NCBI RefSeq assembly: GCF_006345805.1 | Contig: NC_043001.1 | Coordinates: 46,190,001 to 46,254,000, forward strand | DNA from: Octopus sinensis | Lineage: Eukaryota | Length of the DNA: 64,000 nucleotides | Reading direction: 5' to 3' | In this document: piece after piece, positions 23,866-34,941 of the stretch | Numbering within the stretch: position 1 is the stretch's first letter | Layout of the letters: each line of letters opens with the position of its first letter | Made by a program: the position numbers and the translations under genes | The notes under the pieces: model-generated | What the model saw: the letters and a program-made list of their open reading frames with translations, nothing else | Databases searched by the model: none | Told to the model about the DNA's origin: nothing

Positions 23866-24434
23866 TATTGGGTTGTCCGGAAAGTTCATGCCGATTTATA
23901 GTAGCTTACCTTTCGACTTATTTTAGAACATGGTTGAGTCCATAAAATAGGATTTGACTACACCTCCATTTAGAGCACAGTTTAAGCTATCTTTTCGTGG
24001 AAGAAGGTTTATGCTCCTATAATCTGTGTTAATTCTGAAACCCTCTAAAATGGAAGATAAGAAAGTTCATTTTCGGCACTTGATGCTTTGGGAACCAGAC
24101 AAAATTTGCTGCAGCTCGGCTGGAATGTGTTACATCACCCTCCATATTCACCAGATATTGCTCCTTCAGATTTCCACTTATACAGGTCTCTGCAGAATAG
24201 TCTTAATAGTAAAAATTTCAATTCCTTGGATGACGTAAAAAGATACCTTGATGAATTCTTTGCCATGAAACCACATCAATTCTGGGAAGAGGGTATTTTC
24301 AAGTTAAAGGAAAGATGGAGACGCATTGTGCAACAAAATGGTTCATATTTGGTTGATTAAAAATGTAATGGTAAGTATTTATTGAACTTTTTCTTTCCTT
24401 TAAAAATCGGCACTAACTTTCCGGACAACTTACG
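23866..24434 (+). mobile_element. Internally deleted mariner (mellifera-like)
   Basis: TIRs ttgggttgtccggaaagttcatgccgattt / aaatcggcactaactttccggacaac; N-terminus MEDKKVHFRHLMLW fused to TRQNLLQLGWNVLHHPPYSPDIAPSDFHL... Confidence 0.92.
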
Positions 24435-24572
24435 TTATTTAAAACATGCTCAAAATTAGTAAGAGTCAAACCAGTCTGCCATAATTGGCATAACAGTGCA
24501 ATGATTGGTAGCGTGTATTAATTAAATTAGATATCGCTAAGTAAGTAACATTAGATATCGCTAAATTAAATA

Positions 24573-24780
24573 GATACGAGAGCTGGCTGAAAAAGTTCAT
24601 AGGCTGATCAAGACACTCTCTTGGAATGTGACCAAATGAGGTTTAATTTTCAGCATATCCCCCCTTGCAGTCTACACACTTCTTCCATCGGTGATGCAGA
24701 GCTTGGAGTCCATTTGTGAAGAAGCTTTCATCCTGTAGGTTAAAAAAAGTCAACAGCAGACGACATGGCATCATCACCAC
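24573..24780 (-). mobile_element. mariner 3' end (transposase C-terminus plus TIR)
   Basis: Minus frame QDESFFTNGLQALHHRWKKCVDCKG; end tacgagagctggctgaaaaagttcatagg; small related piece at about 10700-10736. Confidence 0.75.
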
Positions 24781-24857
24781 TGCCATACTAGTTCCCAGCC
24801 AAATGATGACGGTAGTGATATTCGCTGCTGGTGATAATGGTATAGATGTTAGACATT

Positions 24858-25274
24858 TTCCTCTTTGGCCAAGGCCTCATCAACTTTTTTAAGTTCCACA
24901 GGAAGATGAGAGCAGAGAGGGAAGTGCTGTCTCGTAGCAAATCTATTGAAAAGTGGGTGAATGTCGGTAAAATGGTCAGTATGAACGGACCAATTCTGAG
25001 GTTACACCTGTAAAAAAAAAAAAAAAGGTAATATAAAAGGAGAAGGGGCTCTCTACCCCTTTTTGACCAGGCTCCTGTGGCTTTTATGGGGTTTTCCACC
25101 ACTAACCTTTCAAAGCGCCTCCCTCTATTGGGAGTTTTATTTGTTATATTTTTCGCTGTTATTAATGTTTATATGGACCTTTCTTTTTGGACAAAACCCT
25201 TTGTACTTTTCGTTCTGTCTTTGTCCTTACATGTTTTTTTATTTATGTTAGCCCTTCTGGTCAATAAATCCAGA

Positions 25275-25335
<61 letters not shown>
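24858..25335 (+). mobile_element. Probable Tx1/L1-like LINE 3' end with 3' UTR and (TTA)n tail
   Basis: Frame FKFHRKMRAEREVLSRSKSIEKWVNVGKMVSMNGPILRLHL* (stop 25011-25013), T-rich UTR, aataaa, then (TTA)n; family assigned from recall. Confidence 0.5.
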
Positions 25336-25336
<1 letters not shown>

Positions 25337-25572
25337 GTAGTAGTAGTAGTAGTAGTAGCAGCAGCAGTAGTAATAGTAGTAGTAGTAGTAGTGATATGGT
25401 AGTATGTAGGGGTGAGGTTTTAAAGTGACTTACATGGTGAATATTTTTACTTGAGGTTAGCAGGTATAAACGTGAGCAAACACCTGTGATGTTTGTTTGT
25501 TGAGAAAATATAACTCGCCACACCTCCCTCCCTCCGTGTCTCCGTCTCTTTCTCCGTATCCATCTCTCTCTC

Positions 25573-25618
<46 letters not shown>

Positions 25619-26022
25619 ACCTACACATACGTTCACATTGATTCAAATACGTTCTGACATACACTGCGAACAATCTATCGTCATGTTTCTACTTATCCAA
25701 CATGTATTAGTGTAAGTATGTATGTATGTATGTATGTATGTATGTATGTATGTATGTATGTATGTATGTATGTATGTATGTATGTATGCATGAATGTATG
25801 TATGCATGTATGTATGTGTGTATGTATGTCTCTCTCACTCTCCCTCTGTGTGTGTGTGTGCGTGTGTTGTTCCACTGTTATTCCCCATTATCACCACCCA
25901 ATTCCGAAAAAACTGTCACGTCAAATCCGCGTGTTTTCCTAGTTTGGATTACAGCATTCAAAAATAGAAAGATTATATATACTTTTGCACACACTGCACA
26001 CACATACTTATCCTAAACACCC

Positions 26023-26061
<39 letters not shown>

Positions 26062-26063
<2 letters not shown>

Positions 26064-26280
26064 ACACTCCGTCGGTTACGACGACGAGTGTTCCAGTTGA
26101 TCTGATCAACGAAAGTGATCACTCCACAGACACGTGTACTTTTAACGTAGTTCTCGGGGAGAACCAGGGTGACACAGAGTGTGACAAGGCTGGCACTTTG
26201 AAATACAGGTACAACGGAAACAGGAAGAAAGAGTGAGAGAAGGTTGTGGTGAAAGAGTACAGCAGGGCTCGCCCCCCCCC
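26062..26280 (-). mobile_element. Chimeric SINE: family D body joined to family E tail
   Basis: gaaagagtgagagaaggttgtggtgaaagagtacagcaggg (D body) is contiguous with gacaaggctggc..tttgaaatacaggtac (E tail). Confidence 0.8.
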
Positions 26281-26591
26281 CTTCTGTACTCTTTCACCAC
26301 AATTATCATGTCCTCGGAATCTACATAGTCCGAGGTATATTTGTAGAGAATATCATTAAAAAATATCCATTTTCTTGAAAATGAAGACGAATTGAAGTGG
26401 ACTCCGGTGAATTTTCAGAAATTCCCCACCCCCTCCTAAAACACGTACTCCGCAAAATTTTGTATATTCAGAAGAATCTACATGATAAACACATATTCGT
26501 ATAGAGTTTTATTTACAAATATCCAATTTTCTGAGAGTTATGATCATCCAAACTCGATGGGTGGGGGGCAGAAATCTGTAGTTATGCCAAT

Positions 26592-28200
26592 TTGTTTACA
26601 ATATCAAGGTCAGCCAAAAGAATATCTCTGTCCAGGGAAAGAGAGACAGCTGCAGAAAGGGAAGCATGCCAAGAAACAAACAGACTGTACACTACAAAAG
26701 TCCAAGCATCTCAAAGTGATGAACAGAGGTATGCACAACTGACAAGGAATAGGATCTCCACTGCAGAACGCAGAGCAGTTGCAACAACTCAGAGAAGCAA
26801 CTTTTATGAAGCAGTTTTCAATTATGATCCAGCAGTTCATTATGCAGATGACACTAGAGTTTCCATTGGTGCAACGGCAACTGAGTGCATACATTGTAAA
26901 GCAAAGAAGTAGTCTGGAGAGACACCTGCATTGTGCTGCCGTGGTGGAAAGGTTAAACTCCCTGCAATCCCCCAACCTCCAGAGCCATTGAAGAAACTGT
27001 TGTCATCAACTGACCAAAATTCCAAACACTTACAAAACAAAATTAGACAGTACAATATCGCACTACAGATGACATCATTTGGAGCCACAAGAGATTTAAC
27101 TGAGCCAGGATTCATGCAAACTTTTAAGGTCCAGGGTCAGATTTATCATCAGATTGGCTCTCTACTACCTTTGTCAAATGAATCACCAAAATTCCTTCAA
27201 ATATATTTTATGGGTGATTCTCAACAAAAAAGGCAAGAGACGTGCAAGAACATTTCTGGCATCAGGATGAACATTGTAGTGTCTCTGCAAAAGATGCTGC
27301 ATAACAACAACAACCTAATCAGAAGCTTCAAGACTGCACTTGAAACAATTCCACCTGACTCCATGGATTACAAGGCAGTTATCAGATCAGACAAGAAACC
27401 ATCTGGTCAACATGGAGGGAGGTTTAATGCACCAACTGCAAATGAAATAGCTGTGCTTCTGGTTGGACAAGAACATGACAAGCGTGACATTGTCCTCGAT
27501 CTCAGAGGCAGCACACTGACAGACACAGTCCAAATACAAACGGAAGCTCCCAAAAATGCCATACTCACAGCATTCTCCAAGCTCTGTCAAGATGATGAAT
27601 TTACTACAAGACTGCTATACAATGAAGTTCCACAGTTCTATACCTGGTACCAAAACAAATGGAAAAGACATGCACTTGGAGCACTCACACATCATCCGGG
27701 AATCAAGAAATCAGACACACTTGGTAGAATCTATGTTGTCCATCCCAACTACTCAGAGTGCTACTATCTAAGGCTTCTATTACACCATGTCAAGGGACCC
27801 ACATCATTTACAGCCTTACTTGTGGTTGATAACACAGTATGTCAAGCATATTATTAGGCTTGCCATCTCAGAAGTCTTCTGGAAGATTATGCACACTGGG
27901 ACGCCACTCTGACAGAGGCACAAATGTGCAAGTCACCTATGCAGCTGTGAAACCTCTTCATCATAGCAATATGATGGGTGAGAATGTCTTCATTCCAAGG
28001 ATACCTCTCATCTCAGATTATCTCCCCTTTCAGTTCAAGAGACTGCGGTTTCCTGTCAAACTTAGCTTTGCAATGTCTGTCAACAAAGCACAAGGGCAAT
28101 CACTAAAGGTTATGGGACTTAACTTCCTTCAACCTTGCTTCTCACATGATCAGCTGTATGTTGGATGTTCTTGAGTTGGAGATGAAAAGAACCTCTACAT
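26592..28200 (+). pseudogene. Helitron RepHel remnant
   Basis: N-terminal CxxCKAKK*..CCRGGKVKLP...FKVQGQIYH; post-Rep segment GRIYVVHP..ECYYLRLLLHHVKGPTSF; PIF1 C-terminal IPRIP...FPVKLSFAMSVNKAQGQSL...FSHDQLYVGCS; stop at 26910-26912 and frameshifts. Confidence 0.9.
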
Positions 28201-28330
28201 TCTCAGTGATAAACATAGCAAGACAGAAAACACTTACATGAATAGTAGGTCCACAGAAGTGTAAAACCATTGAGTGTTAAAGTATAACTATTACACATTC
28301 ACTTTTCGACTGACATGCATGAATGTATAA

Positions 28331-28369
28331 CTGTGTATATAAAAGTGAAACAATAACGTGATATATTCG

Positions 28370-28416
<47 letters not shown>

Positions 28417-28682
28417 GGTGTGTGTAATCTACGCACGACTTTTCATTGTTTATAATCTGTACCTGCTTTTTTTTTGGTTACAAAATAAGTTAGACAAACA
28501 TGTATTTACAAACTTTCTTTTCACATTTCACTTAATGTTTATGTTCCATGTTGGCATCGGTTGTAGAGTTACATAGAAAGTTGGTATTTCAGCTACTAGC
28601 AGTTGAGACCTGCGTAATCTAGAAGAGGCTTTTAAATTTCATTATTTTCTTTAACCCGGATAATGCCAAGTATTTCTGCTAG
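28331..28682 (+). mobile_element. Possible separate short non-autonomous Helitron
   Basis: 5' ctgtgtatataaaagtg resembles TCTATATATAAAA-type ends; internal (GT)n; CTAG 3' end. Confidence 0.4.
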
Positions 28683-28689
28683 TATAATG

Positions 28690-28866
28690 GATCGCTAGCC
28701 ACTACACTTTCTTTATTTTTTCTCCTTGTTTCTTTCTGTGTTCCTTTCTATGGAAGAGCGTAGGCTCGAAACGTTGAAGACTTTTTCACTTCTCGAGCGT
28801 TAAACTAATACATCTGTTTGTTGTCTACACCACCTGTCTTCGTCTTTTGTGTTTTTTGTGAATGCT

Positions 28867-28870
<4 letters not shown>
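28690..28870 (+). mobile_element. Penelope-like terminal repeat fragment with degenerate minimal hammerhead (28744-28779)
   Basis: cttt-ctatgga-a-gagc gtag gctc-gaaacgtt-gaag, then gagcgt; (TA)n tail. Confidence 0.65.
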
Positions 28871-28941
<71 letters not shown>

Positions 28942-28943
<2 letters not shown>

Positions 28944-29420
28944 GTAAATTCTCGAGTATAATCCGCATTTTATTCCCAAAATTAAAGGTTAAAAATGAAA
29001 ATTATTTTCTAACCAATGTTCAAGTCGCTATTTGCTGTCCAGCAATGTTTATTCAGATGCATTTTGTGATGTCGGGTGCGAAAATACCTTAAACTAAGCC
29101 TGAAAGCAATGAAGTCATAAAAGAATCATCCATAACTTGCAGTAAGCAATATTTATTAAACGTTATTACTAGTATTTCTTTGTTTTCTGCAAACAAAATG
29201 CACAGAAAAGCTACACGTTTGCATTATGTTATATACACAATAATAATAAAGGACGTTACCGTATATATTTTTACAAACCAAGGACGTTATATAGACACCC
29301 TTGACTCAAGTTAGAGAAGGGGTGCGTATTATCCACAAGGTTTAGGTTTTTCAGAGGTACACCCCACCTAAAAATCCCCTGCATATTAGACTCAAGGGCG
29401 GACAATACTCGAGGATTTAC

Positions 29421-29422
<2 letters not shown>
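28942..29422. mobile_element. pogo/Tc2-like MITE, second copy, in a (TA)n array
   Basis: Same TIRs and body as 5157-5698 with two ~30-bp indels. Confidence 0.9.
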
Positions 29423-29460
<38 letters not shown>

Positions 29461-29463
<3 letters not shown>

Positions 29464-30100
29464 ATGTATGTATGTCATTATTCAGTTTAAGACCCGGTTT
29501 CTAACCTAGATTCAAGGCTCCTTCATTGGAATTTCAACAAACACCAACAGGGTATTTTTGTATGTATGTATATGTGCAGATTGGTATGTTTGTTTTATGT
29601 ATGTATTCTCATGCATGCAGCTGCATGTCTAGACATGTTCATATGTACTTAACTGATGAACGTCTGGAAAGTTTTACAGATTTTTAAAATTCCAGTGATG
29701 GCTTGGATCTGTAGTCTTCTGGTTTTGAGAAGTCTAATTTTTCCTTTTTAGTTTTGAGTGGTTTAATGTCTCAAGACTGGTATTCAGACATTGTGTTACA
29801 TGTCCCAGTGCCCCAATAATTACAGATATAAATCTGATCTTGTAATATGGATAGAGTAGCTGTAGATACCTCAATAGTTCAGCATTAGTATTTTCTTTTT
29901 CGTTGATCTTTAGCATCCGCTGGGCAGCTGATTTCCACAACTGTAAAGTTTCTTTTCTCCATGCCCAATTACTATGTCAGGTCCATTATGTTTACATTTC
30001 ATTGAGGCTTTCACTGGGATATTCCACCAGTAGTCCTTTTTATTATGAGTGGTTATTGCTTCTACCATACTGTAGGTTGTTATTTCTTGTTTCTTATTTC
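29461..30100 (-). mobile_element. RLE-endonuclease non-LTR retrotransposon (R4/Dong-like), 5'-truncated
   Basis: WWNIPVK...KHNGPDIVI...(V)VEISCPAD...LYPYYK...IIGALGHV (PD-(D/E)xK-like region), frameshifted; full 3' UTR; (CATA)n on both sides. Confidence 0.82.
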
Positions 30101-30548
30101 TATGTATGTATGTATGTATGTATGTATGTATGTATGTATGTATGTATGTATGTATGTATGTATGTATGTATACCGTTGCACCAACACCGCATGCTGCCCA
30201 AGGCTAGGTGTTAAACTGACGACATGACTTCTTTATCAACAACATATATTAAAATATCACTTCGGATCTCCTCTTCCCCTCCACTTGAGCGGAGAAGTGG
30301 GGAAGGCCAAAGTAATAATTAGATAATATTTTAGATTCTATAAATATTAATTAAAACAAAAAGAACCAGAGTACAGTTTCAAATTAATAATGACTGACAT
30401 TTGACAGTTTGGCGTGTATACTAGTGGCACCACCATCACCACCACCACTACCATCAACACCACCATTTCTACTGCCGTATCTGTTTCTCTTTTAATCTGA
30501 GAGAAAGAAAGGAGGAGAGGGAGAGAGAGGGAAAGAAAGAGATTGAAG

Positions 30549-30625
<77 letters not shown>

Positions 30626-31199
30626 GAGAGGGGGGTGAGAAAGAATTTTCGGCGCCAATTTAGCGTGCAGTCTGCTTGGCCATTTACACTTTACCGTGCA
30701 ATCTAAACATAATCTTAACCCAGATCGGGTCCGTTCACAGCGCAGACTACAGATATAGCAGTAGACCGTACGCTGAAGTAGAATCGAATTTTCTCAGTTT
30801 TAATGTTAGTTGTGGAATTGTTTGTTGTTGTCATTAAACCATAACTGAAGCCTGATCGAACAGTAAAATGTAAAGAATATTTTATGTAAAGTAAAAAGAA
30901 CGTCAAGATCATTTATAATAAAAAATTATTATCATAATTATTTTCTGAATCACTTTCATTCGCACTAGACTCGCGCACACCATCACTCGTAGATGCGATC
31001 GGCGATTCACAAGCACTCGTAGACGGGCTTGTAGATTTCTTTAAAAAAAAAAACAAATCTAGACTTGTTTACTTAGAAGTTTGTTTTTTTTCGCTCTCAA
31101 TAAATTTTTCGGTAACACACAGAAACATTTGTTATGGCAGTAGAAACATTTGCACTTCGTTCAAAATTTTGATCTTTCGCTTGAAAAATTTCATCTCAC

Positions 31200-31213
31200 C
31201 ATACAAATATGAG
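31200..31213 (-). CDS. Candidate 14-nt micro-exon (LIFV + TG)
   Basis: Branch-like cctaat; acceptor ttttatttttcag; donor ATG|GTGAGA. Confidence 0.4.
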
Positions 31214-31441
31214 CTGAAAAATAAAACTCGTAAAATTAGGGGTTTCGTAATATCCCATATAATCTTTATTACATTATTGTTGTTTGCGTATTAATATTGG
31301 GCAGAAAAGGAGAAAAAAAACAACAACAACAAAACCCCCAACAAATTTTGCAGCCGAATACCATGTATGTATTCATGCTATCTCTAATTTAGATCTTGAT
31401 TTTGATAAAAAAAAAAAGAGCCTTTCTACATGGGACGATGA

Positions 31442-31640
31442 TTTACTCTTTTACTCTTTTACGTGTTTCAGTCATTTGACTGCGGCCATGCTGGAGCACC
31501 GCCTTTAGTCGAGCAAGTCGACACCACGACTTATTCTTTGTAAGCCTATCGGTTTCTTTTGCCGAACCGCTAATTACGGGGTTGTAACACCAGCATCGGT
31601 TGTCAAGCGATGTTGGGGGGACAAACACAGACACGCACGC
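31442..31640 (-). mobile_element. SINE B 3' half
   Basis: ttttactcttttac.tgtttcagtcatttgactgcggccatgctggagc. Confidence 0.9.
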
Positions 31641-31837
31641 ACACACACACACACACACACAACACACCACACCACACACACACACATTTACATGATATCG
31701 AGGTCTCGTCTTCCTTTTGTGTCTTACCATTTTTATCAATATATATATATATATATATATATATCTATATATATATATATATATATATATAATGTGAAAT
31801 AGAAAGATGAATAATCTTGTAGTAGATTAATCAAAAG

Positions 31838-32105
31838 TTTAACCGGTTACCTTAGTAGCAAAAGCGCCAGACCACGGGACTCAGTAAGCTATATGGCGAC
31901 TGAAGGATGCGAAACTAAGCTATAGGCTGGAATGGTCAATTTTGTCGGTGGCCCTCCCATTGATAGGGGCAGAAGACAGTGCAACCTTTGTGTCTCCGAA
32001 ACTCTTCCATATTTTGTTTGCCAGAGGCCGGATGGTAACGGGCTCTTACAGTCGGCTTTTCGATGCCCCCATTGGCGGCGTTACACTTATCTGGCCTTTA
32101 AATAG
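31838..32105 (+). pseudogene. Penelope-like element ORF C-terminus (end of GIY-YIG region), frameshifted
   Basis: Stitched frames give TTGLSK-AIWRLKDAKLSYRLEWSIL...RRQCNLCVSETL...RCPHWRRY*, matching the PLE pattern LSxxIWxLK..W.I..CxLCxxE...CxH. Confidence 0.75.
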
Positions 32106-32615
32106 CGTTTCTAAATAAGACCGGCACCCATAGCCCTTGGTAACAAATTCTGAAATAGATTTTAAGATATCTACAATTAACCACTGCAAGGGAAATTACT
32201 CCTGTAAGACAAAACGGGGTTGTTTTTCACAGCGGGGGGTTCCTTGTCAAGGTAGGCTTAGATGAAACACACACACACACACATAAAAACATAAAATATA
32301 TCTATATAATTTCTTTATTTTTTTTCTTTCTGCCACCCAACGGTTATCACGGCAGTAGCCACTGACAGCCGAACGATCAAACGCACACAAGTACACAAAA
32401 AATGTTTTCTACCCCTACGCCAACACACAATATATGAAACAGTATACACACACACACGTCTCTAAGTAGATTTTTTCTCGCCCCTTATAAAACATCCAAT
32501 ATTTCTTAAATAGTCAGAACTTTATCTCGGTCACAAGAACATCTATACACCCTCACCCACATGTTTGACCGATGCCTGACCTGTTGAATTCTTCAGCCAC
32601 CGGTTCTCAACATAC

Positions 32616-32716
32616 ACTGATAAACAGTTTCGCCATGGCTCTTAGGAGCACAGTTCGATTTGTTTTTTGCTCTGCCTCTGTTCGTTTTTTTTCCAACGGA
32701 TTTCCTTTTTTTCTTC
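32616..32716 (-). CDS. Candidate exon containing 5' UTR and start codon (MAKLFIS; ATG at 32636-32634)
   Basis: Acceptor tgtgtctttctcttcag; Kozak-like gccATGG; donor AGT|GTATGT. Confidence 0.45.
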
Positions 32717-32904
32717 CTGAAGAGAAAGACACAATATGGTCCCATTATTCAATCGGATTTTGGTAATTTGTGCCTTTCGAAACACGTGTAGAATGAAAAA
32801 AACGATTTCTGTTCAATCTGCGTTCAGCTCCATTCTTCAATTCACCAATAATGTTTTATATATATATATATATAATATATATATATAATATATATATATA
32901 TATA

Positions 32905-32973
<69 letters not shown>

Positions 32974-32977
32974 CATA

Positions 32978-33145
32978 TATACGACGGGCTTCTTTCACTT
33001 TTCGTCTACCAAATCCACTCACAAGGCTTTGGTCGGCCCGAGGCTATAGTAGAAGACACTTGCCCAAGGTACCACACAGTGGGACTGAACCCAGAACCAT
33101 GTGGTTGGTAAGCATGCTACTTACCACACAGCCACTCTTGCACCT
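32978..33145 (-). mobile_element. SINE B 5' half
   Basis: gacgggcttctttc...cttaccacacagccactc. Confidence 0.9.
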
Positions 33146-33904
33146 ATATATTTATATATTTATTCCTAATAAATTCAGTAGAATCGAACGTAAGTAGGCT
33201 AAGCACTGTTGTGTTCGTCACTAGCGAATTGCTTTATCTTTACGACGGCCATATGTTCATAACACTCGGTTCATTAGTACAAGGGATTCCAGGACACTGG
33301 TGTTACGACATCTTGTGTTTCATTTGCGAAAAATGCTCGACCATTGAATCTAAAAAAAGCAGCCGATGGCTTTGTTTATAATTTCAGCGAACAAGCTGTT
33401 CGCTGATCAGTGCTAATATCTGTTAACTCATAATAAATTGTTATATGCACTGTGAATATCGAGATTCGAAATGATGACATGCTCATCTATTCTTAATGCG
33501 TTCTGATAGATTTGAACGTAAGTACTATAATCACCTGTGTGTCCTTCGGGTTCTATATGAAGTTTTAAGGTAAATACTTCTATAGAAAATGTGATTTATG
33601 TCTAAAATGGAACAACAAAAAGAACAAAAGTTCAAATTAATTAGAAAATTTAAAAAATGAAAAAAATAAATGGAAAATAGAAAAAAACCCAGAGGCCACG
33701 TACGATAGGGAAGTGGTTAAGTTGTCGGGACTAGGGAAGAGAATTTAGTAAAAATAGGCTGACAAGGTTGTGAAAGAAAGAAAGAGAGAATGAAAGAAAG
33801 AAAGTAAATTGTTTACGTTACATTAACAGAAAATTCTCATTAAAATGTATTAAGGAATTTGTCTAATATATCTTTGTACACAGGCACAAGTTTGCTCATG
33901 TCTT

Positions 33905-34272
33905 TAATCCTTTACTTGTTTCATGCACGACCATGCTGGGGTACCGCCTTGGGGAATTTTTAGTCGAACGAATCGACTCCAGTACTTCTTTTCTGTTTTT
34001 CTTTTAAGCTTAGTACTATTTGTATTGGTCTCTTTTGGGGTAACGCTACGTTACGGGGACGTAAACGCACCAACAACGGTTGCCAAATGGTGAGGGTGAA
34101 CAAACACACATACACATATATACGACAGACTTGTCCTAGTTTCCGTCAATCAAATCCACTCACAAGGCTTTTGTCGGCCTGAGGATATAGTAGAAGACAT
34201 TTGCCCAAGGTACCACGTAGTGGGACTGAACCCAGGATTGGGAAGCAAACTTCTTACCACACAGTCACGCCT
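33905..34272 (-). mobile_element. SINE B, degenerate, near-complete
   Basis: Tail, internal CA tract and head all present. Confidence 0.8.
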
Positions 34273-34639
34273 ATATATATATATATATATATATAGATAT
34301 ATAGATATATATATAATTAACATACAAGGCATTTCGCAACATACGGAGCTATAGTACCAGCCAGTTGTCCAAGGTACCTCGAAGTGGAACTGAATCCGAA
34401 ACCTGTAGGTTACAAAGCGTGCTATTAATCTCACAGCCATGCCTTCACCTTACATAGGGGGCATGTGTGGAGAATGAGTTGTGGATATAAGTTTCACATT
34501 TATACATGATTACATTTTGTCAATATATTCCATGGTAAAAATAGAGTTTTCCCTGAACAACAAAACGAACATGTGGACGGATTTCGCCAGATATATAGAG
34601 AAAGAAAAAGAATAACGACTTTTATTTGAATGAAGCGAC

Positions 34640-34941
34640 GTGTGTGTGTGTGAGTTTGTTCCTTCTCGAGCCACGCCTGGCTCATACGGGCCAGTTTCCC
34701 GGTTTCCTTGGGGTATAGGTTCCCCATTTGGACGGATAGGTGAGCCGCAAGATGCAGGAGGAAAGAGTGAGAGAAAGTTGTGGCGAAAGAGTCAGCAGAA
34801 ATTCGCCATTACCTTCTGCCGGAACCGCGTGGAGCTTAGGTGTTTCGCTCATAAACACACACATCACCCGGTCTGAGACTCGAACCCGCGATCCCTCGGG
34901 CACGCGTCCACTGCTCTAACCACTAGGCCATGTGCCTCCAC
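34640..34941 (-). mobile_element. SINE family D, tail type 2
   Basis: Head and body as in 23177; different 3' segment ending gagccaggcgtggctcgagaaggaacaaac(ac)n. Confidence 0.85.

Larger units (their letters stand above)
26306..28682 (+). mobile_element. Helitron, non-autonomous deletion derivative
   Basis: Rep/Hel remnants; possible A|TC 5' end at 26306; degenerate hairpin then CTAG|T at 28679-28683. Confidence 0.85.

Noticed and set aside
26931-27857. 308-aa ORF as a host gene
   Set aside because: Helitron RepHel-derived, flanked by further broken Helitron coding segments
31890-31915. ctgaaggatgcgaaac as a hammerhead core
   Set aside because: No A9 and no helix II or III; it is part of the Penelope coding remnant
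31442-33145. SINE B 3' half and 5' half as one element split by a 1.3-kb insert
   Set aside because: Half copies ending at the internal microsatellite are common here, and a candidate exon lies between them; independent insertions are simpler
33384-33406. 10-bp perfect hairpin
   Set aside because: Too short to be significant in 64 kb
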